A DNA stretch of 64,000 nt from Gammaproteobacteria bacterium (GTDB lineage Bacteria > Pseudomonadota > Gammaproteobacteria > Steroidobacterales > Foliamicaceae): NCBI GenBank assembly GCA_965200225.1, contig CBDATM010000001.1:516846-580845 (forward strand). The letters are read 5' to 3'. The stretch's first letter is position 1. Every line of letters starts with the position of its first letter. Made by a program: the position numbers and the translations under genes. Below are positions 29,126 to 37,725 of this stretch, piece after piece. The notes beneath the pieces were generated by a model. The model saw only the letters and a program-made list of their open reading frames with translations, was not told the origin of the DNA and ran no database searches.

Positions 29126-29790
29126 CCTCCGGTGAGGTGTTTGCCCCTCGGCTGTTTGTCGTTTCCGCGCCCTCGGGCACCGGCAAAACCACGATAGTCC
29201 GGCGCCTGGTTCACGACCATCCCGGCGTAAGTCTTGCGGTTTCGCACACCACGCGCCTGCCGCGGGCAAATGAGCGGCACCGGCAGGACTATTTCTTTGT
29301 CAAGGACGGGGAGTTCGACGCAATCCGCGACGGCGACGGCTTTCTGGAACATGCCGAGGTGTTCGGCAACCGCTATGGAACCAGCCGCAAGGAGGTGGAG
29401 GGAAATCTGGCGGCCGGCCGTGGGGTAATCCTCGAAATCGACTGGCAGGGCGCCGCGCAGGTGCGCACAGCCATGCCCGAGGCGGAGACCATATTTGTGC
29501 TGCCCCCCTCGCGCGCCGAATTGAAAAGGCGCCTTACGGGACGCAATAGCGATCGGCCGGAGGTGCTTGCGCGCCGGTTCTCCGAAGCCCGCGAGGACGT
29601 AAGCAAGTGGCGGGACTTCCATTACGTTCTGATCAATGACGATCTCGACGAAACCTGCCAGCGGATGGCGCTCATACTTGAGGGCCGCGGCGGGCAGTAT
29701 TCGGTTGCTGACAAGCGATGCAGGGAGCGCATCGAACAGCTCATCATTTCAGGCGGCTGGCAAGCTCAGGACCCGCCGCCGATTTCCTGA
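29122..29790 (+). CDS. gmk: Guanylate kinase
   Basis: [23 protein letters not shown] and LEIDWQGA motifs. Confidence 0.96.
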   Translation: MTSGEVFAPRLFVVSAPSGTGKTTIVRRLVHDHPGVSLAVSHTTRLPRANERHRQDYFFVKDGEFDAIRDGDGFLEHAEVFGNRYGTSRKEVEGNLAAGRGVILEIDWQGAAQVRTAMPEAETIFVLPPSRAELKRRLTGRNSDRPEVLARRFSEAREDVSKWRDFHYVLINDDLDETCQRMALILEGRGGQYSVADKRCRERIEQLIISGGWQAQDPPPIS

Positions 29791-29936
29791 TAGTCGTTTC
29801 TTCCCCCTCCTCTCGCAGGGGCGTCAACGCCAGTGTGCGCCAATTGCCTGGCGCACACGCCGTTGCCGAGCCCCAGGGACGGGTTCATGCGTCCCCTGCG
29901 AGGGGAGGGGGAAGAAACAACTCTCAGGAAATCGGC
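29778..29936. repeat. Palindromic REP/REPIN-like element, copy 2 (long core, reverse orientation)
   Basis: Arms gccgatttcctgatagtcgtttcttccccctcctctcgcagggg and cccctgcgaggggagggggaagaaacaactctcaggaaatcggc. The left arm contains the gmk stop. Confidence 0.9.
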
Positions 29937-30031
29937 TAACCTGCAACCGGGCTGTAGCCGGTTGGCTTGCGGGGGCGGGCCGGGTTGATGCAAAATGCCG
30001 CCTCCGAGGACTTCTCCAAGCAGGAAGAGCC

Positions 30032-30283
30032 ATGGCCCGAATTACCGTTGAAGATTGCCAGCAGCGCATCGAGAACATTTTCGATCTCGTTCGCGTGGCC
30101 GCTGCCCGTTCGCGGCGCCTGGCCAATGGCGCCGAGCCCCTGGTTGAGCGCGAGAACGAGAAGCCGGCCGTAGTGGCCCTGCGGGAAATTGCCGCGGGTC
30201 TGGTTACCGAAGAGAGCCTCGACGACCACGAGCGGGCCGTGGAAGAGGCGTTTGGCACGCCGGGAGAAGCCCGGGAATACTGA
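30032..30283 (+). CDS. rpoZ: RNA polymerase omega subunit
   Basis: [19 protein letters not shown] and VALREIAAG motifs; gmk-rpoZ-spoT synteny. Confidence 0.95.
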   Translation: MARITVEDCQQRIENIFDLVRVAAARSRRLANGAEPLVERENEKPAVVALREIAAGLVTEESLDDHERAVEEAFGTPGEAREY

Positions 30284-30416
30284 GCCGGACGGTTGGCGCC
30301 GCCCCCGCGCCGGCGCCAACTTTCGCCGATCCGGCCTTCTGCGCTCACTGATCCCCGGCAAACGCCGGGGACCGGTTATCGTATAGCGATAACCGGTAGC
30401 TATAGCAGGGTTAGTC

Positions 30417-32564
30417 ATGCAGCAGACGGCTGTGGCCAGCAGGCAGCGGATCCGAGCCTCCGGCGGCGGAATCCGCAGGCTGCTCGCCGACCTCGAGTAT
30501 TTTTCCGAGGCGGAACGCGACCGGGTGCTCAAGGCGTACGAATACGGCGCTCAGGCGCACCGCGATCAGCGCCGCCTTTCGGGCGAACCGTACATTTCCC
30601 ACCCGGTTGCCGTCGCCACGATCCTTGCCGACTTGCGGCTGGATTCCGAAACCATCATTGCGGCGCTGCTGCACGACGTGATCGAGGACACGCCCACCTT
30701 GAGGGTGAACCTGGAGCAGGATTTCGGCGGCGAGGTAGCGGCCATCGTGGACGGGGTCACCAAACTGACCCGATTGGGAGAGGCCGGGCGCTCGGAAGCC
30801 CAAGCCGCCAGTTTTCGCAAAATGATGCTGGCCATGGTGGACGACATACGGGTGATTCTGGTGAAGCTTGCCGACCGGTTGCACAACATGCGCACCCTGG
30901 ATGCCCTGAGCCGCCGGCGCCAGCAGCGGATCGCCCGCGAAACGCTGGACATCTACGCGCCGATCGCCAATCGCCTGGGGATACGCGCCATCCGCCGCGA
31001 AATGGAGGACCTAGGGTTCCGCTATGCGTGGCCACGGCGCTACCGGGTTATCAGCCGCCACCTCAACCAGAGGCCTAGGCATCCCCGTTCCGTGCTGCGC
31101 CGCGTGTCCGACCGCTTGAGGCGCGCGCTCAAGGCGGCCGAACTTCAGGGCAGCATTTCGGCGCGCGCCAAGTCCGCCTACAGCATTTACTGCAAGATGC
31201 GGGAGAAGCGGCTGGGGTTCAAGGAAATCTCGGATGTGTTCGGCCTGCGCCTCGTCGTGCCGGACATCGATGCCTGCTATCGCTGCCTGGGGATCGTCCA
31301 TCAGCTGTTCCGGCCCATGCCGGGACGGTTCAAGGACTACATCGCCATTCCGCGCGTGAACGGCTACCAGTCGCTGCATACGCTGCTGCTGGGCCCGGAC
31401 GGGATGCCGCTGGAAATCCAGATCCGCACCACGGAAATGCATCGCGTGGCCGAGAGCGGCATTGCGGCCCACTGGCAGTACAAGGCCGAGGACAAAAGCG
31501 TGTTGCCAGCGCAGTTCCGCACCCAGCAATGGTTGCGCCGCATTACGGAAATGCAGGCCACCGCGCAGGCCGACGAGTTCTACGATCACGTGAAGGTGGA
31601 TCTCTTCCCCGACAAGGTATATGTCTTTACGCCCAAGGGAGAGATCCTCCGTCTGCCGCGCGGCGCCACTTGCCTGGACTTCGCCTACGCGGTGCATACG
31701 GACGTGGGACACCGCTGTGTGGCGGCACGGGTGGACGGCCAGGTTACGCCCCTGCGCACCGAGTTGAAGAACGGCCAGAACGTCCACATCCTCACATCCC
31801 GCAATGCCCGTCCCAATGCCGGCTGGCTGGAACACGTGGCCACCGCCAAGGCCCGCTCGGCCATCCTGGACTTTCTCAAGAACACCCGGACCCGGGAGGC
31901 CCGCGAACTGGGCGCGGTGCTGCTGAACCAGGCGCTCTCCGAACGCGGCTCGTCGCTGCGCAAGATGGGGCGGGGACCCATCGAGGAGGTGTTCAAGGAG
32001 CTTGGCGTAGAAAGCCGCCAGGAGCTGTATGAGCAGATCGGTTTGGGTGAGCGTCTGGCCACCCTGGCCGCGGCAGTGATCATGAATCCGGGTCAAAAAC
32101 GCTCCGGCGAGCGCCGGGGCATGCTGAAGCCGGTCGATATCGCCGGCGCGGAAGGAATGGTCGTGACCTACGGACGATGCTGTTATCCGATTCCGGGCGA
32201 CGAGGTGGTAGGCCATAACTCAAGCGGCCGGGGCTTCGTGATCCACCGCAATACCTGTGGCAATTTCCGCGCCGAGCGCAAGCGCAAGGACAGGTGGATC
32301 CCGGTGAGTTGGAAGCGCCGCCTGAGGCTGGAATTTCCGGCGGGTCTGCGCATACATATCGATCATCGGCCCGGCGTGCTCGCCGAGGTGGCCGCGCGAG
32401 TGGCCGAGACCGGCCACAATATCGCCCAGGTCAACATGCAGGACCGCCCGGAAGAGAGCACCGAACTGTTCCTTTCGGTGCTGGTGAAGGACCGGGGCCG
32501 TCTGGCCCGCGTAATTCGCGCCATCCGCACGCTGCCCAGCGTGCATCGCGTGCAGCGTGTTTGA
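30417..32564 (+). CDS. spoT: Bifunctional (p)ppGpp synthetase/hydrolase
   Basis: GEPYISHP, intact LLHDVIED, KLADRLHNMRTL, NGYQSLHT, TGS and ACT-like regions. Confidence 0.95.
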   Translation: MQQTAVASRQRIRASGGGIRRLLADLEYFSEAERDRVLKAYEYGAQAHRDQRRLSGEPYISHPVAVATILADLRLDSETIIAALLHDVIEDTPTLRVNLEQDFGGEVAAIVDGVTKLTRLGEAGRSEAQAASFRKMMLAMVDDIRVILVKLADRLHNMRTLDALSRRRQQRIARETLDIYAPIANRLGIRAIRREMEDLGFRYAWPRRYRVISRHLNQRPRHPRSVLRRVSDRLRRALKAAELQGSISARAKSAYSIYCKMREKRLGFKEISDVFGLRLVVPDIDACYRCLGIVHQLFRPMPGRFKDYIAIPRVNGYQSLHTLLLGPDGMPLEIQIRTTEMHRVAESGIAAHWQYKAEDKSVLPAQFRTQQWLRRITEMQATAQADEFYDHVKVDLFPDKVYVFTPKGEILRLPRGATCLDFAYAVHTDVGHRCVAARVDGQVTPLRTELKNGQNVHILTSRNARPNAGWLEHVATAKARSAILDFLKNTRTREARELGAVLLNQALSERGSSLRKMGRGPIEEVFKELGVESRQELYEQIGLGERLATLAAAVIMNPGQKRSGERRGMLKPVDIAGAEGMVVTYGRCCYPIPGDEVVGHNSSGRGFVIHRNTCGNFRAERKRKDRWIPVSWKRRLRLEFPAGLRIHIDHRPGVLAEVAARVAETGHNIAQVNMQDRPEESTELFLSVLVKDRGRLARVIRAIRTLPSVHRVQRV

Positions 32565-32620
32565 TTTCCCGTATCGTGTTTAATTTTCTTCCTGGCATAT
32601 TATTGGCCCCGGAGTCGCTC

Positions 32621-33007
32621 GTGAAACGCACCGCCGTACATAGTTCCCAGGCCCCCGCTGCAATCGGAGCCTATTCGCAAGCTGTCGTGGCGGGCGATTT
32701 ATGCTTCGTTTCGGGGCAGATTCCGCTTGACCCCGGCACCGGCGATTTGGTGGACGGCGACATGGCCGACCAAATCCGTCAGGTGTTTCGGAACCTGGCT
32801 GCAGTGGCTCGGGCGGCAGGTTCGGATCTTTCGCGGGACGCGGTGAAAATCACGGTGTACCTGGTCGATTTGTCCCATTTCGCGTTGGTCAATCAGGTCA
32901 TGTCGGACATGTTCGCCGAACCGTATCCAGCCCGGGCGGCGGTCGAGGTGGCGGGATTGCCCAAGGGCGCTCAAGTCGAGGCGGACGCCGTACTGGTCAT
33001 TCCGTAG
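32621..33007 (+). CDS. RidA/YjgF family enamine deaminase
   Basis: APAAIGAYSQA, SGQIPLDP and PARAAVEVAGLPKGAQVE motifs. GTG start at 32621. Confidence 0.9.
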   Translation: MKRTAVHSSQAPAAIGAYSQAVVAGDLCFVSGQIPLDPGTGDLVDGDMADQIRQVFRNLAAVARAAGSDLSRDAVKITVYLVDLSHFALVNQVMSDMFAEPYPARAAVEVAGLPKGAQVEADAVLVIP

Positions 33008-33072
33008 CGCCGTGATCGGCTGCGCCCGCGCTGACGCGACAATATGAGCCGGTCACGGCGCTAGGCGATCGC

Positions 33073-35157
33073 TTGCCCGAACAGCCCGCGGATGTCGCCC
33101 CGGACCTGACCACGTTGCCGGGCATCGGTCCGGCAATGGCCGACAAGCTCGGCCGCCTGGGTTTGCGCACCGTTCGGGACCTGCTGTTCCTGCTTCCCAA
33201 TCGCTACGAGGATCGCACGCGCATACACCCCATAGTGAGCCTGGAGCACGGCCGCCGGGTCCAGATCGAAGGGGTGATTGATCGGGCCAGGGTAATCATG
33301 GGCCGTCGCAGGAGCCTGTTGTGCGTTCTGCGCGATCCGACAGCCGAGATCACTCTTCGCTTCTTTTATTTCACTCGGCAGCAGCAGCTGGGATTGCGCC
33401 CGGGCACGCGGCTGTTGTGCTACGGCGAGGCGCGGCAGGGCCCCCGAGGCTTGGAGATCGTGCATCCCGAGTACCGGAGGCTGGGCGAATCGGAACCCGC
33501 GCCGGTTCAGGACCGGCTCACACCCGTATACCCAACCACCGAGGGAGTAACCCAGCCCCGACTACGCAAGCTGACCGGCTACGCGCTGAAGAACGCGATG
33601 GACGATCTGCCGGACCTGATCCCGCAACGCCATCTGTTACGGCTGCGTTTGCCGGGTTTGCTGGAGGCGTTGCGCACCGTGCATCGGCCGCCCCGGGGAA
33701 TACCCCTGGAAACTCTCCTTTCCGGACAGCATCCGGCGCGCAAGCGGCTGGCCCTGGAAGAAATCCTCGCCTGGCATCTGGGTCTGCGGCGGGTGCGCGA
33801 GACCGGGCAGCGCCGCAACGCGGTGGCGCTGAATCCCGAGGGAGAACTGCGCCGAAAATTCCTGGCCAAGCTGCCGTTCGACCTCACCAGAGGCCAGCAG
33901 CAAGCCATCGCCCAGATCGACGCAGACCTGTCCGGTGACTCGCCCATGATGCGTCTGCTGCAGGGCGACGTGGGCTGCGGCAAGACCGTGGTGATCGCGG
34001 CGGCGGTGCTGGCGGCAGTGCAATCGGGCCGGCAGGCGGCGGTGATGGCACCCACCGAACTGCTTGCCGAGCAGCATATGCGCACGCTGTCGGACTGGCT
34101 GGAGCCCCTGGGCGTGCGGCTGGCGTGGCTGGCCGGTGGGATGTCCAGGGCCGAAAGACGCGTCTTCGAGGCGCAACTGGCCGGCGGGGACGCGCAGGTG
34201 GGGGTAGGCACCCATGCGCTGTTCCAGGAATCGGTGAAATACCCCGAGCTGGGGCTGGTGGTAGTGGATGAACAGCACCGCTTCGGCGTGCATCAGCGCT
34301 TGCGGCTGGTGGAGAAGGGACAGGCCACCGCGGTAATTCCGCACCAGCTCGTAACCACGGCCACGCCGATTCCCAGGTCGCTGGCAATGACCTTGTACGC
34401 CGGCCTGGACATATCCGCCATCCACGACATGCCGCCCGGGCGCCGGCCCGTGAATACGGTGCTGGTGTCGCAGGAGCGGCGGGCGAAGGTAATCGAGCGC
34501 GTGGCCTCGGCCTGCCGGGCAGGCAGGCAGGCCTACTGGGTGTGTCCGCTGATCGATGAATCCGAGCATATTGATTCCTCGGCCGCGGAGCCTACCTACA
34601 AGGAACTGAGCGAGGCGCTGCCGGGTATCCGCGTGGGCCTGCTGCATGGCCGCGCCGGCGCGCGCCAGCGCGATCAGGTGATGGGCGAATTCGCGTCCGG
34701 CAAGCTGAGCGTTCTGGTGGCTACCACCGTGATCGAGGTCGGTGTGGATGTTCCCCGCGCCAGCCTCATGATCGTGGAGAACGCAGAACGCATGGGGCTG
34801 GCGCAGTTGCACCAGTTGCGCGGGCGTGTGGGGCGGGACGGGCAGGAGAGCCACTGCGTGCTCATGTACCGGCCGCCGCTGGGCGAAATGGCCAGGCAAA
34901 GGCTGAATACCATGCGCAACAGCAATGACGGATTCGAAATCGCCCACAAGGACCTGGAATTGCGCGGCGCGGGCGAAATCCTGGGAGTGCGCCAGACCGG
35001 CTCCATGCAGTTTCGGGTGGCCGACCTGGTCCGCGACGGCGCGCTGGCCGAACCGGCCCAGCGCATTGCCGACGACATGCTCCAGCGCAATTCAGCCGAA
35101 GTGGAACAACTGATCCGCCGCTGGGTGGGCGAAGGCGGCCGCTACGGCCAGGTGTGA
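33073..35157 (+). CDS. recG: ATP-dependent DNA helicase RecG
   Basis: QGDVGCGKT, DEQHRFGV, TATPIPRSL, QLHQLRGRVGR and DLELRGAGE motifs. Confidence 0.97.
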   Translation: MPEQPADVAPDLTTLPGIGPAMADKLGRLGLRTVRDLLFLLPNRYEDRTRIHPIVSLEHGRRVQIEGVIDRARVIMGRRRSLLCVLRDPTAEITLRFFYFTRQQQLGLRPGTRLLCYGEARQGPRGLEIVHPEYRRLGESEPAPVQDRLTPVYPTTEGVTQPRLRKLTGYALKNAMDDLPDLIPQRHLLRLRLPGLLEALRTVHRPPRGIPLETLLSGQHPARKRLALEEILAWHLGLRRVRETGQRRNAVALNPEGELRRKFLAKLPFDLTRGQQQAIAQIDADLSGDSPMMRLLQGDVGCGKTVVIAAAVLAAVQSGRQAAVMAPTELLAEQHMRTLSDWLEPLGVRLAWLAGGMSRAERRVFEAQLAGGDAQVGVGTHALFQESVKYPELGLVVVDEQHRFGVHQRLRLVEKGQATAVIPHQLVTTATPIPRSLAMTLYAGLDISAIHDMPPGRRPVNTVLVSQERRAKVIERVASACRAGRQAYWVCPLIDESEHIDSSAAEPTYKELSEALPGIRVGLLHGRAGARQRDQVMGEFASGKLSVLVATTVIEVGVDVPRASLMIVENAERMGLAQLHQLRGRVGRDGQESHCVLMYRPPLGEMARQRLNTMRNSNDGFEIAHKDLELRGAGEILGVRQTGSMQFRVADLVRDGALAEPAQRIADDMLQRNSAEVEQLIRRWVGEGGRYGQV

Positions 35158-35324
35158 GCGCCTGTTTTCCCGTCTCGTGGCTGAGGGTGAGTGTCTTCTC
35201 CCTCCTCTCGCAGGGGCGTCAACGGCAGGATGCCGTTGCCGAGCCCCAGGGACGGGTTCATGCGTCCCCTGCGAGAGGAGGGAGAAGACACTCACCCTCA
35301 GCCACGAGACGGGAAAACAGGCGC
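35158..35324. repeat. Palindromic REP/REPIN-like element, copy 3 (short core, reverse orientation)
   Basis: Perfect 59-bp inverted arms (35158-35216 and 35266-35324) starting immediately after the recG stop. Confidence 0.92.
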
Positions 35325-35376
35325 CGATCCTTGGTGTATCTTGGCGCCTGAGCAAAGCGCCTTGAAGGAGTGCCCA

Positions 35377-37077
35377 ATGCGTGTGCCAAGCTTGCTGCTT
35401 GTATGTCTGATGAGCGTCGGCTGCGGCGAGACGGACGTGGATGTCCCGCAGTCTTGCGGACCGGTCTCGCCCGAAGAAGCCATGGCCTATGTGGATGAGG
35501 TTTCGCACCTGATTCGCGAAGAGGATTTCCGCGCGGTGGTAGCGGAGTTGGGGGGTGACGCCTACGAAGGCCGAGGCCCCGGCAGCGAGGGCGACTTGAA
35601 GGCGCGGGAATGGATCGCCCAGCGGCTGGCCGACGCCAATATCGCGCCGGGGGCCGGCGAAAGCTATCAGCAGGCTTTCGGGCTGGTGAGCGTCACCACC
35701 GACCTTCCGCAAGCGTGGAGCTTTTCCACCGGCGTGACGGTTGCGCCGCACACGGAATTCGTCGCCACCGTGGGCGATCAGACGGACCGCGCCACCCTGC
35801 CCGACGCCGAACTGGTCTTCGTCGGTTTCGGCATACAGGCGCCCGAGTACGAATGGGACGATTACAAGTCCATGGACGTAAGCGGCAAAGTCCTCGTGAT
35901 GCTCAACAATGACCCGGAATGGGATCCGGATCTTTTCGCCGGAGAGCGCCGTTTGTATTACGGCCGCTGGACCTACAAGTACGAGATTGCCGCGCGGCTC
36001 GGCGCGGCCGGCGCAATCATCATTCATACCACCCCTTCGGCGGGCTATCCGTGGCAGGTGGTCGAAACTTCGTGGACGGGACCGCAGTTCGAACTTCCGT
36101 TCGAGGGAGAGCCGCGGCTCAAGGTTGCCGCATGGATGACCGAAGAGGCGGTGAGCCGGCTGCTGGCTTCCGCCGGCCACGATCTGGCCGAGCTCACGCA
36201 GGCCGCCCGAAGCCGGGAGTTCGTCCCCGTGCCGCTGGGCATTCGCAGCACGCTTGAAATGGACGCTCGGCTGGAGCGGGTGGAAACCGCCAATGTGCTG
36301 GGGGTGCTTCCCGGTTGCGACGACAGGCTCAGGGATGAAGCGGTAATCATCACGGCGCATCACGACCATCTGGGCATGGGCGTTGCATCCGAAGAGGGCG
36401 AGGACGTGATCTACAACGGCGCTTTCGATAACGCTACCGGGGTGGCGGCAGTGCTTTCCCTGGCCGAGGCGCTGGCGGCGCTACCCAGTCCGCCCCGCCG
36501 CTCGATCGTGTTCGCGCTGGTGGGGGCGGAAGAGCAGGGGCTGATCGGGTCCAGCTACTACGCTCGGCACCCCACATTCCATCCTGGGCGCATTGCGGGC
36601 AACGTCAATTTTGACGGCGTTGGCTTCTGGGGCGAGGCCCGCGACATGATCTTCATCGGCCTTGGAAAATCCACGCTCGACGAAGTTGCGTCCCGTGTGG
36701 CCTCGTACGTCGGCAGGACGCTGCACGGCGACCAGTTTCCGGACCAGGGTTACTACTATCGCTCGGATCAATTCAGTTTCGCCAAGATCGGCGTGCCGGG
36801 GATGTACCTGGACGGCGGCGTGGAAATCATCGGCAAGCCGGAAGGGTGGGGCAAGCAGCAGATCGATGCCTACACCACCCACGACTACCATCAACCCAGC
36901 GATGAATTGACGGATGACTGGGTGTTCGACGGCATGGTGGCGGACACCCGCTTCGGGCTGTTGACGACCTACCTGATTGCCCAGGCGGACCAGATGCAGT
37001 CCTGGAATCCGGGCGATGAATTCGCCGCGGCCCGCGAACAGGCGCTTGCCGACCTCGCGTCAACCGAGACCGAATGA
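35377..37077 (+). CDS. M28 family metallopeptidase with PA domain, probable lipoprotein
   Basis: AHHDHLG, NGAFDNATG, AEEQGLIGS, YYRSDQF and YHQPSD motifs. Start MRVPSLL with lipobox-like SVGC. Confidence 0.88.
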   Translation: MRVPSLLLVCLMSVGCGETDVDVPQSCGPVSPEEAMAYVDEVSHLIREEDFRAVVAELGGDAYEGRGPGSEGDLKAREWIAQRLADANIAPGAGESYQQAFGLVSVTTDLPQAWSFSTGVTVAPHTEFVATVGDQTDRATLPDAELVFVGFGIQAPEYEWDDYKSMDVSGKVLVMLNNDPEWDPDLFAGERRLYYGRWTYKYEIAARLGAAGAIIIHTTPSAGYPWQVVETSWTGPQFELPFEGEPRLKVAAWMTEEAVSRLLASAGHDLAELTQAARSREFVPVPLGIRSTLEMDARLERVETANVLGVLPGCDDRLRDEAVIITAHHDHLGMGVASEEGEDVIYNGAFDNATGVAAVLSLAEALAALPSPPRRSIVFALVGAEEQGLIGSSYYARHPTFHPGRIAGNVNFDGVGFWGEARDMIFIGLGKSTLDEVASRVASYVGRTLHGDQFPDQGYYYRSDQFSFAKIGVPGMYLDGGVEIIGKPEGWGKQQIDAYTTHDYHQPSDELTDDWVFDGMVADTRFGLLTTYLIAQADQMQSWNPGDEFAAAREQALADLASTETE

Positions 37078-37084
37078 CCCGTAT

Positions 37085-37630
37085 TCAACGGCGGCGGCCT
37101 GTGCCTCGCCATTCGGTCTCGGTGTCGGCCAGCCGCCTCGCCAGCACGAAGAGCAGGTCGGAGAGCCGGTTCAGGTACTTCAGCGAGTCCTGATTGAGGC
37201 CCCCCTCGGCGTCCTGAAGCGCCCAAAGCGATCGCTCGGCCCGGCGGCACACCGCCCGGGCCAGGTGGCAGGCCGCCGCCGCCCTGCCGCCCCCCGGCAG
37301 CACGAATTCCTTCAGCGGCGGCAGTTCGCGGTTATGGCGGTCGATCGCTTCTTCGAGTGCGGCCACATGCCTGGCCCCGATTGACTTGAGGTCAGCCACG
37401 CACAACTCTGCGCCCGTATCGAACAGCCGCTGCTGGACTTCATGCAGCAGGTCGCTCATATCTCCGCCGGGCAGTTCCGCGAGCAGCGCGCCGAGTGTCG
37501 CGTTCAGTTCGTCCAGGTCGCCGAAGGCGTGGATGCGCGGGTCGTGTTTGCGGCAGCGGCGCTTCGCGTCGATCCCGGTGTCGCCGCCGTCGCCGGTGCG
37601 CGTGTAGATTTTCGAAAGCCGGTGTCCCAT
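37085..37630 (-). CDS. ATP:cob(I)alamin adenosyltransferase, PduO type
   Basis: KIYTRTGDGGDT, GDLDELN, FVLPGG, RAVCRRAER and YLNRLSDLLF motifs. Confidence 0.92.
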   Translation of the reverse strand: MGHRLSKIYTRTGDGGDTGIDAKRRCRKHDPRIHAFGDLDELNATLGALLAELPGGDMSDLLHEVQQRLFDTGAELCVADLKSIGARHVAALEEAIDRHNRELPPLKEFVLPGGGRAAAACHLARAVCRRAERSLWALQDAEGGLNQDSLKYLNRLSDLLFVLARRLADTETEWRGTGRRR

Positions 37631-37632
37631 GG

Positions 37633-37725
37633 GCAGGTCAATCTCGTGCAGATCAATCTTGTGCAGCTGAGTCCTGGTTCAGGTCAATCTCGCGCAGGTC
37701 GGTCCTGGTGCAAGTCAGTCCTGGG
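37633..37725. repeat. Degenerate 15-16 bp tandem repeat (6 units) between the TonB receptor and the adenosyltransferase
   Basis: gcaggtcaatctcgt/gcagatcaatcttgt/gcagctgagtcctggt/tcaggtcaatctcgc/gcaggtcggtcctggt/gcaagtcagtcctggg. Confidence 0.75.

Noticed and set aside
29636-30031. N-terminal extensions of rpoZ and of the M28 peptidase (35191-35376), and small ORFs sharing [19 protein letters not shown] peptides
   Set aside because: These are translations of the palindromic repeat. Conserved starts lie at 30032 and 35377.
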